A DNA stretch of 64,000 nt, taken from Gammaproteobacteria bacterium. Its GTDB lineage: Bacteria; Pseudomonadota; Gammaproteobacteria; Poriferisulfidales; GCA-002705445. The stretch is from contig JBJKYB010000002.1 of the NCBI GenBank assembly GCA_045561235.1, positions 943,025 to 1,007,024 on the forward strand, given 5' to 3'. Positions 1 through 8,936 of the stretch are shown here, piece after piece; position 1 is the stretch's first letter, and each line of letters opens with the position of its first letter. Under the pieces are notes generated by a model that ran no database searches, was not told where the DNA came from, and saw nothing but the letters and a program-made list of their open reading frames with translations. The translations under genes were made by a program, and so were the position numbers.

Positions 1-1
1 T

Positions 2-1270
2 ATAAATAAAATTCCACCACCAAAAAAAATTACTGGAAGTAATCTCAAAGCATTAATTATTGATTCTTGGTTTGACAATTATTTAGGAATAGTCTCACTT
101 GTAAGAGTAATAAATGGAAGTTTAAAGTTAAAACAAAAGATAAAACTTGCTTCTACAAATGTTAATTATCAAGTAGAGGAACTTGGATGCTACTCTCCCA
201 AAGTAAATAAATTAGATGTCATAAACGAAGGTGAAGTAGGCTATCTTGTGGCTGGAATAAAAGATATAGCTTCTGCAAAAGTTGGAGATACAATACTTTC
301 GTATGATGATAACGAAAGTAAGCCATTAGAAGGTTTTAAAGAAATACAACCTAAGGTATTTGCCGGTCTATTTCCAATAAATAGTGATGATTATAAAGAC
401 TTTAGAGATGCATTAGAAAAACTAGAGCTTAATGATTCTTCATTTGATTATGAGCCAGAAACGTCAAAAGCATTAGGGCATGGATTTCGTTGTGGATTTT
501 TAGGAATGCTTCATATGGAAATCATACAAGAACGTTTAGAAAGAGAATACAAGCTTGATTTAATATCAACATCCCCAACAGTTGTATATAAAGTAATCCA
601 AAAAAATAAAAAAATATTAGAAGTTGATAATCCGAGTATGCTCCCAGATGTTTCGAGTATTGAAGAAATTCACGAGCCAATAATTTCTGCATCAATGTTG
701 GTTCCAAATGAATTTATAGGAAATGTAATAACATTGTGCGAACAAAAAAGAGGAAAACAAATAAAAATATCATATGCAGGGGGTCAGGCTTTAATAGAGT
801 ATTATTTACCACTGAACGAGGTAGTCTTAGATTTTTTTGACAAATTAAAGTCTTGTACAAAAGGATATGCATCATTTGACTATTATATACATTCTTTTAA
901 AAAGTCAGATTTACAAAAATTAGATATTTTAATCAATGGTGAGAAAGTAGATGCCTTATCGCTTATTGTTCATAAATCAAGATCATTAGGTATTGGAAGA
1001 AAACTTGTAAATGGCATGAAAGATGTAATACCAAGACAAAATTTTGACATAGCAATTCAAGCAGCAATTGGATCTCAAATTATATCCAGAGCAACAACAA
1101 AAGCATTTAGAAAAGATGTAACAGCAAAATTATATGGAGGAGACGTTACAAGAAAAATGAAATTATTAAAAAAACAAAAACTGGGTAAGAAAAGAATGAA
1201 ACAAGTAGGTAAGGTTGAGTTACCACAAGAAGCTTTTATGGCCGTTCTAAAAATTGACACTAATGATTAA
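2..1270 (+). CDS. lepA: Elongation factor 4 (LepA), C-terminal part; the 5' end lies upstream of the window
   Basis: Frame 2 is open from the window edge (..[25 protein letters not shown]..) and runs into tracked ORF 248..1270 ([47 protein letters not shown]). These are LepA signatures. The track start at 248 is an internal GTG. Confidence 0.95.
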   Translation: MNKIPPPKKITGSNLKALIIDSWFDNYLGIVSLVRVINGSLKLKQKIKLASTNVNYQVEELGCYSPKVNKLDVINEGEVGYLVAGIKDIASAKVGDTILSYDDNESKPLEGFKEIQPKVFAGLFPINSDDYKDFRDALEKLELNDSSFDYEPETSKALGHGFRCGFLGMLHMEIIQERLEREYKLDLISTSPTVVYKVIQKNKKILEVDNPSMLPDVSSIEEIHEPIISASMLVPNEFIGNVITLCEQKRGKQIKISYAGGQALIEYYLPLNEVVLDFFDKLKSCTKGYASFDYYIHSFKKSDLQKLDILINGEKVDALSLIVHKSRSLGIGRKLVNGMKDVIPRQNFDIAIQAAIGSQIISRATTKAFRKDVTAKLYGGDVTRKMKLLKKQKLGKKRMKQVGKVELPQEAFMAVLKIDTND

Positions 1271-2153
1271 ATATTTTTTTATACTATTGTTTTTTTTAAA
1301 TACTTGTCAAGCAAGTGATATAATTAATATCACTTTTTTAGGGACTGGAACTCCTAGACCAAATATTGATAAACTTGGACCCTCTATTTTATTAAAATAT
1401 CAAAATGACGAAATATTGTTTGATGTTGGAAGAGGAACTACACTAAGACTCGAGCAATTAAACAATAACTATACGAAAATAGATAATATATTTATATCAC
1501 ACATGCATTTTGATCATATAGTAGGTTTAGCAGATTTTTGGTTGACAAGTAGCCTATGGCAAAAGAAAACCAACACAAATATTTACGGCCCAAAAGGTAT
1601 TAAAAAGTTCTGCAGTCAAATTAAAAAATTGTATGAAAAAGATTTAGAATATAGATATGAAAATAATAGTTATAATCAATTAAATTGTTTATATCATCAG
1701 GATGTAAAAAAATATAATAATTTGTTAAGTATTACATCATTTAAAAATGACCACGGCCATGTAGATAACTCTTACGGCTTTAAAATAAATTTTGGTAATA
1801 AAAAAATTATATACTCCGGTGATACTACATATTCTAAAAATGTAATTAATAACTCAAAAAACGCTGATATATTGATACATGAAGTAATTTCTGTTTCAAA
1901 AAAAATTTACGATAATAATAAAAAATTAAGAAAAGTTGTAAATTCTCATACTAATGTCAGTCAGTTAATCCAAATACTCAATATATGTAAACCAAAATTG
2001 ACTATATTAAATCATGCGTTATTATTTGGTGTGAATGAACAGAGTGTTTTGACAAGGATTGCAAAAGAATATAATGGTAAAGTTATTTTTGCAAAAGATT
2101 TTATGTCTGTAGATTTAGGTGAGGAAATCAATATTTTTAATACCGGAAAATAA
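1263..2153 (+). CDS. Secreted MBL-fold metallo-hydrolase (RNase Z/ElaC-like fold), function unknown
   Basis: Signal peptide [17 protein letters not shown]. Metallo-beta-lactamase motif HMHFDH plus downstream DHGH and SGD..HE. ATG 1263 is preferred over the track's TTG 1254. Overlaps the lepA stop by 8 nt. Confidence 0.7.
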   Translation: MIKYFFILLFFLNTCQASDIINITFLGTGTPRPNIDKLGPSILLKYQNDEILFDVGRGTTLRLEQLNNNYTKIDNIFISHMHFDHIVGLADFWLTSSLWQKKTNTNIYGPKGIKKFCSQIKKLYEKDLEYRYENNSYNQLNCLYHQDVKKYNNLLSITSFKNDHGHVDNSYGFKINFGNKKIIYSGDTTYSKNVINNSKNADILIHEVISVSKKIYDNNKKLRKVVNSHTNVSQLIQILNICKPKLTILNHALLFGVNEQSVLTRIAKEYNGKVIFAKDFMSVDLGEEINIFNTGK

Positions 2154-2156
2154 ATA

Positions 2157-2981
2157 ATGAGTAGTAAACTAGATTTTTCGAAACCAATTATTATGGGAAT
2201 TTTGAATGTAACTCCTGATAGCTTCTCAGATGGAGGTTCCTATCCATCGTCAAAATCAGCTGTTGATAAAGCAATGATTATGATAGAGCAAGGAGCTTCA
2301 ATTATTGATATTGGAGGAGAATCAACTAGACCTGGCTCTGAGAGAGTTCCACCAATTGAGCAGAAAAGAAGAATTGTAGATGTAATATCACAACTAGTAC
2401 GTGTAATCCCAGAAAAAATAATTATTAGTGTTGATACTACATCATCAGAAGTTGCAGAGGCTGCAATAAATTTGGGCGTGGGTATGATTAATGATGTAAG
2501 CGCCGGAAAAGATGATGACAAAATGATGAATTTAGTAGCAAAGCACAATCTTTATTATTGTATTATGCATATGCAAGGTTCACCAAAGACAATGCAAGAT
2601 AATCCAAGATATAAAAATGTTATACCAGAAATTATTGATTTTTTAGAATCACAATCAAAGAAAGCAATACAGCAAGGAATCAATCAAGATAAAATTATTT
2701 TAGATCCAGGAATTGGTTTTGGAAAAAAAACCGAGCATAATTTAGAAATACTGAAAAATTTAGAAAAATTTACAAATCTTGGTTATCGTACTTTATTAGG
2801 CACAAGTAGAAAAAGAATACTTGGGGAAGTTTCGGGCGAAAATAATCCATCTGATAGGGTCTCAGGCACCTGCGCTACATCAGCTTTGGGAGTAATGTCT
2901 GGAATTAATATTTATAGAGTTCATGATGTCTGGCAAAATAAACAAGCAATAGATATAGCGTACTCGATTAAAAATATATAG
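2157..2981 (+). CDS. folP: Dihydropteroate synthase
   Basis: Pterin-binding domain motifs GILNVTPDSFSDGG, DIGGESTRPG and DPGIGFGK; 274 aa. Confidence 0.93.
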   Translation: MSSKLDFSKPIIMGILNVTPDSFSDGGSYPSSKSAVDKAMIMIEQGASIIDIGGESTRPGSERVPPIEQKRRIVDVISQLVRVIPEKIIISVDTTSSEVAEAAINLGVGMINDVSAGKDDDKMMNLVAKHNLYYCIMHMQGSPKTMQDNPRYKNVIPEIIDFLESQSKKAIQQGINQDKIILDPGIGFGKKTEHNLEILKNLEKFTNLGYRTLLGTSRKRILGEVSGENNPSDRVSGTCATSALGVMSGINIYRVHDVWQNKQAIDIAYSIKNI

Positions 2982-3051
2982 CATCTATAATTGCAATATT
3001 TTAGTTTTATGTTATGTTTCTTATAGCAAATAACAGTATTATTAAAGAATT

Positions 3052-3393
3052 ATGTCAGAAGATTTATCAAATAAAAAATGTGTACCATGTGAGGGTGGAA
3101 TTCCTGCTTTTAGCATTGACCAGATAAATGATTTTTTAAAAAAAGTTGATAACTGGTCTGTCAATGAAGACGAAAAAGATAAATTTTATTTAATTAAAGA
3201 ATTTAATTTTAAAAACTTTGTTAGTAGTCAAGATTTTGTTAATAAAGTTGGAGATTTGGCAGAGACTGAAGGGCATCACCCAGATATAAGTTTTGGTTGG
3301 GGGTATGCAAAAGTTAAGATATATACTCATGCAATAGGTGGATTAGCTGAAAGTGATTTCATATTAGCAGCAAAAATTGATAAAATAAATTAA
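3052..3393 (+). CDS. phhB: Pterin-4a-carbinolamine dehydratase (PCD/DCoH family)
   Basis: 113 aa. Catalytic signature ETEGHHPD. N-terminal KKCVPCEGG resembles the CEAC of Pseudomonas PhhB. Confidence 0.85.
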   Translation: MSEDLSNKKCVPCEGGIPAFSIDQINDFLKKVDNWSVNEDEKDKFYLIKEFNFKNFVSSQDFVNKVGDLAETEGHHPDISFGWGYAKVKIYTHAIGGLAESDFILAAKIDKIN

Positions 3394-3470
3394 TAATAAT
3401 TTTTCAATTTTATATAAAAAAATATACCACACACTATTAATTTTAAAAAAATATTACAGAATATATCTTA

Positions 3471-4142
3471 ATGGAAGAAATTCTAAATAACTCAGCAATT
3501 ATCTCAATATTACAAATAATTGCTATTGATCTCGTTCTAGGTGGTGATAATGCAATTGTAATTGCACTAGCTTGCAAAAATTTACCTGAAAAACAAAGGA
3601 AACTTGGAATATTTTATGGAGCACTTGGAGCCATAGTTTTAAGAGTTATAATGGTTTTTTTTGCTTCAGCGCTTTTATTAATTTCAGGCTTAAAAATAAT
3701 TGGAGGAATACTTTTATTTTGGATAGGCATAAAATTAATTTTAGATAGTAAGAAAGAAAATACTTTAAATATAAACCAAGGTAATAATTTATTTGAAGCT
3801 ATTAAAACAATTATTATAGCAGACTTTGTAATGAGTTTAGACAATTCAGTAGCTATAGCTGGCGCTGCTGATGGTAATATATATCTTGTAATTTTTGGAT
3901 TGTTGTTAAGTGTGCCAATAATAATTTGGGGAAGTAATATTATTTTAAAATTAATTGATAAATACCCAATAATTATTTATTTAGGTTCTGCTTTATTAGG
4001 TTGGATTGCTGGCGATATGATTCAAACCGATATTTTTACAACAACTTATTTTGAAGCCAATGAATTTCTAAAATATTTTCCATTTATTGGAAGTTTATTT
4101 GTGATTTTATACTCCTTTATATTCAAGTTTTTAAAAAAATAA
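3471..4142 (+). CDS. TerC-family integral membrane protein (YjbE-like)
   Basis: Polytopic membrane protein with the duplicated TerC motif (LGGDNAIVIAL and SLDNSVAIAG). Confidence 0.8.
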   Translation: MEEILNNSAIISILQIIAIDLVLGGDNAIVIALACKNLPEKQRKLGIFYGALGAIVLRVIMVFFASALLLISGLKIIGGILLFWIGIKLILDSKKENTLNINQGNNLFEAIKTIIIADFVMSLDNSVAIAGAADGNIYLVIFGLLLSVPIIIWGSNIILKLIDKYPIIIYLGSALLGWIAGDMIQTDIFTTTYFEANEFLKYFPFIGSLFVILYSFIFKFLKK

Positions 4143-4144
4143 AA

Positions 4145-4729
4145 TTATTGTAAGGGTAAATTTTTAATGTCCTTCATTAGATATCTATTTACATATTTAT
4201 AAAATTCTGAAAAAGGTGTACCCGGCACGAATATTTTTTCAACATTATTTTTTTCATCAACAAAATACATGTTGGCTGTATGATTCACAGTGTAGTCTTC
4301 AACTTTTCCTTTATTTTGATAACTATAGTAAACATGATATTGATTTGAAACTTTTTCAATTTCTTCTTGGGTTCCAGTTAAGCCAATTATTCGTTCGTCA
4401 AAAAAAGATAAGTAATTTTTTAATAGTTCTGGTGTATCTCTTGTAGGATCAACTGTTATAAAAATAGGGTCTATATTTTTTGATAAGCCCTCTAGTTTTT
4501 TTAACAAGTTTGCTACTTCAGTTAGCGTTGTAGGACATATATCTGGGCAATTCAAAAACCCAAAAAAAACTATTTTTACTTTTGATGAGTCTGATAAAGT
4601 AAATTTATTATTATATTGATCTTTTAATGTAAAATCGCCACCAATGTCAGCATATAGGTCATTACTTGTAATTATTACAAGTATTAAAGATATATATTTA
4701 ATGTAATTTCTTAAACTAATTTGTTGCAT
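4145..4729 (-). CDS. SCO1/SenC-family copper chaperone, membrane-anchored (canonical CxxxC)
   Basis: N-terminal TM anchor. Thioredoxin fold with FGFLNCPDICPTTL (CxxxCP) and the distal His ligand in VNHTANMYFVD. Confidence 0.85.
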   Translation of the reverse strand: MQQISLRNYIKYISLILVIITSNDLYADIGGDFTLKDQYNNKFTLSDSSKVKIVFFGFLNCPDICPTTLTEVANLLKKLEGLSKNIDPIFITVDPTRDTPELLKNYLSFFDERIIGLTGTQEEIEKVSNQYHVYYSYQNKGKVEDYTVNHTANMYFVDEKNNVEKIFVPGTPFSEFYKYVNRYLMKDIKNLPLQ

Positions 4730-4883
4730 TTATATTCTTTATCCATATTTAATTTATTGATTTAATAAGTTATTTTATCACTACACGGAGAATAACATTA
4801 ATACATATTATAAAGGCATATCCAACATATAGACACATCTAGCTTATAAAGAGCAAAACAGCATTTATATAGGCTATATAACC

Positions 4884-4911
4884 TTGACGTAAAAGCTTAA
4901 TCGTTCATAAT
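4884..4911 (+). promoter_or_regulatory. Candidate sigma70 promoter for the SBP56/mtoX gene
   Basis: TTGACG (4884-4889), 16-nt spacer, CATAAT (4906-4911), about 45 nt upstream of the ATG at 4956. A purine-rich RBS (AGAGGGAAAAA) precedes the start. Confidence 0.4.
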
Positions 4912-4955
4912 ACGATATTCAAGAACTATAAAACGAAACAAAAGAGGGAAAAACT

Positions 4956-6311
4956 ATGCATTTAAGAAAGTTTGGAATTTCATTATTAGGGACATTGTTT
5001 CTTGCTATAAGCTCAGTAACAGTAGCTGACGAGACATGTATGTCACCATACATGGCTAAAATTGTTGGGCAAGAAGACTATGTTTATGTTTGGACACTAG
5101 GGGTAGAAGGTCTTGGCGATGAGCAAGATAAATTAGTTACAATTGACGTTAATCCTAAATCAAAAACTTATGCTAAAGTTGTGAGTGTTCTTTCAGTTGG
5201 TGGACGAAATGAAGCTCATCACTCAGGTTTAAGTGATGATAGACATTATTTGTGGGCTGGCGGATTAGATAGTAATAAAATATTTATTTTTGATGTTCAT
5301 ACAGATCCAAGAAAACCAACTTTACACAAAGTTATTACAGATTTTGTAGAAAAAACTGGTGGAGTAGTGGGACCTCATACTTTCTACGCATTACCGGGTA
5401 GAATAATGGTGTCAGGGTTATCAAACAATAAAGATAATGGCGGGAGAACAGCTTTGGCAGAGTACAACAGCAAAGGTGAATTTATTGCTACGCATTGGTT
5501 ACCAACAGATAGTGATCTTCGTGGTGCTAAAAAAGAAGGTAAGTATGCTGATGGATATGGTTATGATGTCCGTGTTCAACCTAGAAGAAATATAATGCTA
5601 ACTTCTTCATTTACTGGATGGTCAAATTATATGATGGATTTTGGACAAATGTTGCAAGATGGTGAAGCTATGAAAAGATTTGGAAATACAATGGTTGTAT
5701 GGGATCTTCACACAAGAAAACCAAAAAAAGTTATTGATGTTCCGGGTGCACCATTAGAAATAAGATGTGCATGGGGAGCAAATAATAATTATTGTTTTAC
5801 AACCACAGCACTCACATCAAAAATCTGGTTGATTTATGAAGACGATAATGGTGAATGGCAAGGAAAAGCTGTAGCCGATATAGGTGATGCTTCAAAAGTT
5901 CCATTACCTGTGGATATTTCTATAACTTCAGATGATCAGGGGCTTTGGGTTGATACATTTATGGATGGAAAGGCAAGATATTTTGATATCTCTGATCCTT
6001 TTAATCCTGTTCAAAAATATGAAGAAACAATTGGTTCACAAGTAAATATGATCTCACAAAGTTGGGACGGTAAAAGAGCTTATTTCTCAACATCACTATT
6101 AGGAAATTGGGATAAAACAGGTGATGCAGATGAGCAATGGGTTAAACTTTACGAGTGGGATGACGAATCTTTAGAATTATCTCATAAATGGACTATAGAC
6201 TTTTACAAAGAAAAATTGGGAAGAGCACATCAAATGAGATTTGGTGCATACTCCTTGTACTCAAGTAAGAGTGAAAGTAATAAAAAGGAAGTAACATTAT
6301 TAGACAAGTAA
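4956..6311 (+). CDS. mtoX: Selenium-binding-protein family (SBP56) protein, secreted; methanethiol oxidase homologue
   Basis: 451 aa with a signal peptide (MHLRKFGISLLGTLFLAISSVTVA/DE). Collinear with SELENBP1-type blocks recalled from memory: VTIDVNPKS..EAHHSG, KIFIFDVHTDPRKPTLHKVI, GYDVRVQPRRNIMLTSSF, PLEIRCAW, SWDGKRAYFSTSLLGNWDK, AHQMRF. Confidence 0.8.
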   Translation: MHLRKFGISLLGTLFLAISSVTVADETCMSPYMAKIVGQEDYVYVWTLGVEGLGDEQDKLVTIDVNPKSKTYAKVVSVLSVGGRNEAHHSGLSDDRHYLWAGGLDSNKIFIFDVHTDPRKPTLHKVITDFVEKTGGVVGPHTFYALPGRIMVSGLSNNKDNGGRTALAEYNSKGEFIATHWLPTDSDLRGAKKEGKYADGYGYDVRVQPRRNIMLTSSFTGWSNYMMDFGQMLQDGEAMKRFGNTMVVWDLHTRKPKKVIDVPGAPLEIRCAWGANNNYCFTTTALTSKIWLIYEDDNGEWQGKAVADIGDASKVPLPVDISITSDDQGLWVDTFMDGKARYFDISDPFNPVQKYEETIGSQVNMISQSWDGKRAYFSTSLLGNWDKTGDADEQWVKLYEWDDESLELSHKWTIDFYKEKLGRAHQMRFGAYSLYSSKSESNKKEVTLLDK

Positions 6312-6341
6312 TTTAAAATTCTCTAATAAAGTGATAAAATT

Positions 6342-6369
6342 AAGGCTAACTTACGTTAGCCTTTTTTAT
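6342..6369 (+). terminator. Rho-independent terminator/attenuator after mtoX
   Basis: Perfect 9-bp stem AAGGCTAAC / GTTAGCCTT with loop TTAC, followed by TTTTATTT. Begins 31 nt after the mtoX stop. Confidence 0.7.
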
Positions 6370-6381
6370 TTATATAAAATT

Positions 6382-7089
6382 ATGAAATATTTTTTACAAA
6401 TTATAATTATAGTAATTCTAATTACTAATTCTGTTATTGCCTCTGATGAGCTTGAAAAAGAAAGAGGCTTAATAAAGGACGAAAGAAATAATTTAGCAAT
6501 AGGTTGGAGAGACAACTTGGGATACGATCTTCCTTTACCTGGCACATATGATTTATATAGCATAAGAAAAGCTGGAGACGGTGAAATTATTGAAGAGAAC
6601 GGTAATAATAATTCTCTACATAATTTAATGGACGGCAAAATAACATTAATGAGTTTTATATACAGTAATTGCACTGATACAAATGGATGCCCACTTGCGA
6701 CTTCAGTTTTTTTTAAAATTCAAGAAAAATTAAAAAAGAATCCAAAAATGCTTTCTAAGATTAAAATGATTAGCCTAAGCTTTGATCCATTTTATGATAC
6801 ACCAGAAATAATGAGGCTTTATGGTAAAGACTTGAGTTATATAAAGGCAGATTGGGGATTTTTGACAACTAAGTCATTAGCAAATCTTGAGCCAATTCTT
6901 GAAAGCTATGACCAGCCAGTTATAAGAAAGTACAACGATGATGGAAGTTATGCTGGAGTTGAGTCACACTTATTACGCGTTTTTTTAATAGATGATAGAA
7001 AACTTATAAGAAATGTATACAATGTTGATTTTCTGCACCCAGATCTATTGATTAACGATATAAAAACTTTATTATTAGAAAATGAATAG
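6382..7089 (+). CDS. SCO1/SenC-like thioredoxin-fold protein with an atypical C-x5-C site
   Basis: Signal/anchor MKYFLQIIIIVILITNSVIA. FIYSNCTDTNGCPLAT sits where SCO proteins carry CxxxCP. SLSFDPFYDTPE and the His in VESHLLRVFLID match the SCO fold. ATG 6382 is preferred because the track's GTG 6331 would translate the terminator hairpin. Confidence 0.75.
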   Translation: MKYFLQIIIIVILITNSVIASDELEKERGLIKDERNNLAIGWRDNLGYDLPLPGTYDLYSIRKAGDGEIIEENGNNNSLHNLMDGKITLMSFIYSNCTDTNGCPLATSVFFKIQEKLKKNPKMLSKIKMISLSFDPFYDTPEIMRLYGKDLSYIKADWGFLTTKSLANLEPILESYDQPVIRKYNDDGSYAGVESHLLRVFLIDDRKLIRNVYNVDFLHPDLLINDIKTLLLENE

Positions 7090-8416
7090 TTTATTTCTAC
7101 AAAATAAAATATTTAATAAATCATTTTGGCTGATATTATTTTTTTTATTCAATAATGTTTCGCTATCAAGTGAAAGTATTAATTATTCTGGACCAGGTGA
7201 TAATAAGGAGGGTTATGAGTCTAAAACTTATACAACAAACTCTTTAAGTTTAGATGACAGAAAGGGGAAAAAAGCTGACTTAATAAAGTATGTAACTATC
7301 AAACAATTAGGCTTACCTTCTTTAAAAATTCCTGAAGATAATCCAATTACTAGAAAAAAAATTGAGCTTGGAAAAAAATTATTTTTTGATAGAAGGTTGT
7401 CATTAAATAATACAATGTCGTGTGGTATGTGCCATGTACCCGAACAAGGTTTTACGAATAATGAAATTAAAACAGCAGTCGGGATTGAAGGGAGATCTAA
7501 TTTAAGAAATACACCAACTTTACTAAATGTAGCATTTAATAAATTCTTATTTCATGATGCTAGAGAATTTTCTTTAGAAAATCAGGTTTGGCAGCCAGTT
7601 CTTGCACATTCTGAAATGGCAATGCCATCATTTGGTTTCACTATAAAAAAATTAGAATTAATTCCAGGATATAAAAAACTTTTTAATGATGCATTTCCCG
7701 AAGAAGGAATAACTATGGAAACATTTGGTAAGGCTATTGCAAGTTATGAAAGAGCTTTGATATCTGGTAACTCTGCATTCGATAAATGGTTTTATGGTGG
7801 AAATGAAGAAGCAGTTAATAATGAGGTAAAAAAGGGCTTTGAAGTTTTTGTTGGGAAAGGTGGTTGTTCTGGTTGTCATTTAATTAACAAAAATGAAGCT
7901 CTGTTTTTTGATAACAAACTTCATAATACAGGTATTGGTTATGCAGAATCTATGGGTATTCTTAAGAAAAATAAAACAAAGGTTCAACTTGCACCAGGTG
8001 AATATGTTGAAGTTGATAATAATATTATCGATAGTGTAAATCAGCAGAAAAAAAATAATGATTTAGGTTTGTATACTATAACCGAAAACCCGTCCCATCG
8101 TTGGCTATTTAGGACTCCTACCTTAAGAAATATTTCCTTAACTGCGCCATATATGCATAACGGTGTTTTTAGTGACTTAGATGAGGTGATAAATTTTTAT
8201 GACGAAGGTGGTTTTGAAAATGAACTTTTGAGTCCAATGATAAAAAAATTAAATTTAACTAATGATGAAAAAAGTAATCTCAGAACTTTTTTAGAATCAC
8301 TGATTGGCGAAAATATTAATATTTTAATTGCAGATGCTCTTTCTACACCTGTTGGAGACTTAACAAAGAATGATCCAAACTGGGCAAATGAAAAAGATAT
8401 GGGCTACAATAAATAA
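7082..8416 (+). CDS. Di-haem cytochrome c peroxidase / MauG-family protein, periplasmic
   Basis: Two haem c sites, CGMCH and CSGCH, about 146 aa apart. CCP/MauG blocks LFFDRRLS, FRTPTLRN and APYMHNG. The start overlaps the upstream stop (ATGAATAG). Confidence 0.85.
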   Translation: MNSLFLQNKIFNKSFWLILFFLFNNVSLSSESINYSGPGDNKEGYESKTYTTNSLSLDDRKGKKADLIKYVTIKQLGLPSLKIPEDNPITRKKIELGKKLFFDRRLSLNNTMSCGMCHVPEQGFTNNEIKTAVGIEGRSNLRNTPTLLNVAFNKFLFHDAREFSLENQVWQPVLAHSEMAMPSFGFTIKKLELIPGYKKLFNDAFPEEGITMETFGKAIASYERALISGNSAFDKWFYGGNEEAVNNEVKKGFEVFVGKGGCSGCHLINKNEALFFDNKLHNTGIGYAESMGILKKNKTKVQLAPGEYVEVDNNIIDSVNQQKKNNDLGLYTITENPSHRWLFRTPTLRNISLTAPYMHNGVFSDLDEVINFYDEGGFENELLSPMIKKLNLTNDEKSNLRTFLESLIGENINILIADALSTPVGDLTKNDPNWANEKDMGYNK

Positions 8417-8417
8417 A

Positions 8418-8930
8418 ATGAAAATATATTATTATCTAAGCCCATTAATATTAGCTTTATTAATGTCATGTTCAAATGTAGAAAAGACACCAATGAATAA
8501 AGTAGATGATAAATATTATGCAAACTTCAGCCTTCCTAATCTCCAAGATGAAATTATTAGTTCTGATGAATACCTTGACTCTTATGTTTTAGTCAATTTC
8601 TGGGCTACTTGGTGTACTCCTTGTGTAAAAGAGATACCTTCACTAAATAACCTACAAAAAATATTCAAAGATAACGAAAATTTTAAAATGATTGCTATAA
8701 ACATTGGTCAAAACAAAGATGTAGTTAATAAATTTCTTTCAGATAAGTCATTATCTATTGACTTCGCAGTTTTATTAGATGAAAAAATAGAGCTGTCTGA
8801 TTGGAATGTTCAAGCAATACCAACAACTTTCTTAGTTGATAAAAGCGGAAAAGTTATATATAAAATTGAAGGTGAAAAAGAATGGGACAGTTCCGAATTT
8901 ACTTCTTTTTTCAGATCCATTATTAATTAG
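8418..8930 (+). CDS. TlpA/ResA-like periplasmic thiol:disulfide oxidoreductase, probable lipoprotein
   Basis: Lipobox-like ALLMSC after a signal peptide. Redoxin motif NFWATWCTPC. ATG 8418 sits 1 nt after the mauG-like stop; the track's start at 8370 lies inside that gene. Confidence 0.8.
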   Translation: MKIYYYLSPLILALLMSCSNVEKTPMNKVDDKYYANFSLPNLQDEIISSDEYLDSYVLVNFWATWCTPCVKEIPSLNNLQKIFKDNENFKMIAINIGQNKDVVNKFLSDKSLSIDFAVLLDEKIELSDWNVQAIPTTFLVDKSGKVIYKIEGEKEWDSSEFTSFFRSIIN

Positions 8931-8936
8931 TTATGA

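Noticed and set aside
6331-6381. GTG start for the second SCO gene as given in the ORF track.
   Set aside because: It would translate the terminator hairpin and T-tract. ATG 6382 yields a normal signal/anchor sequence.
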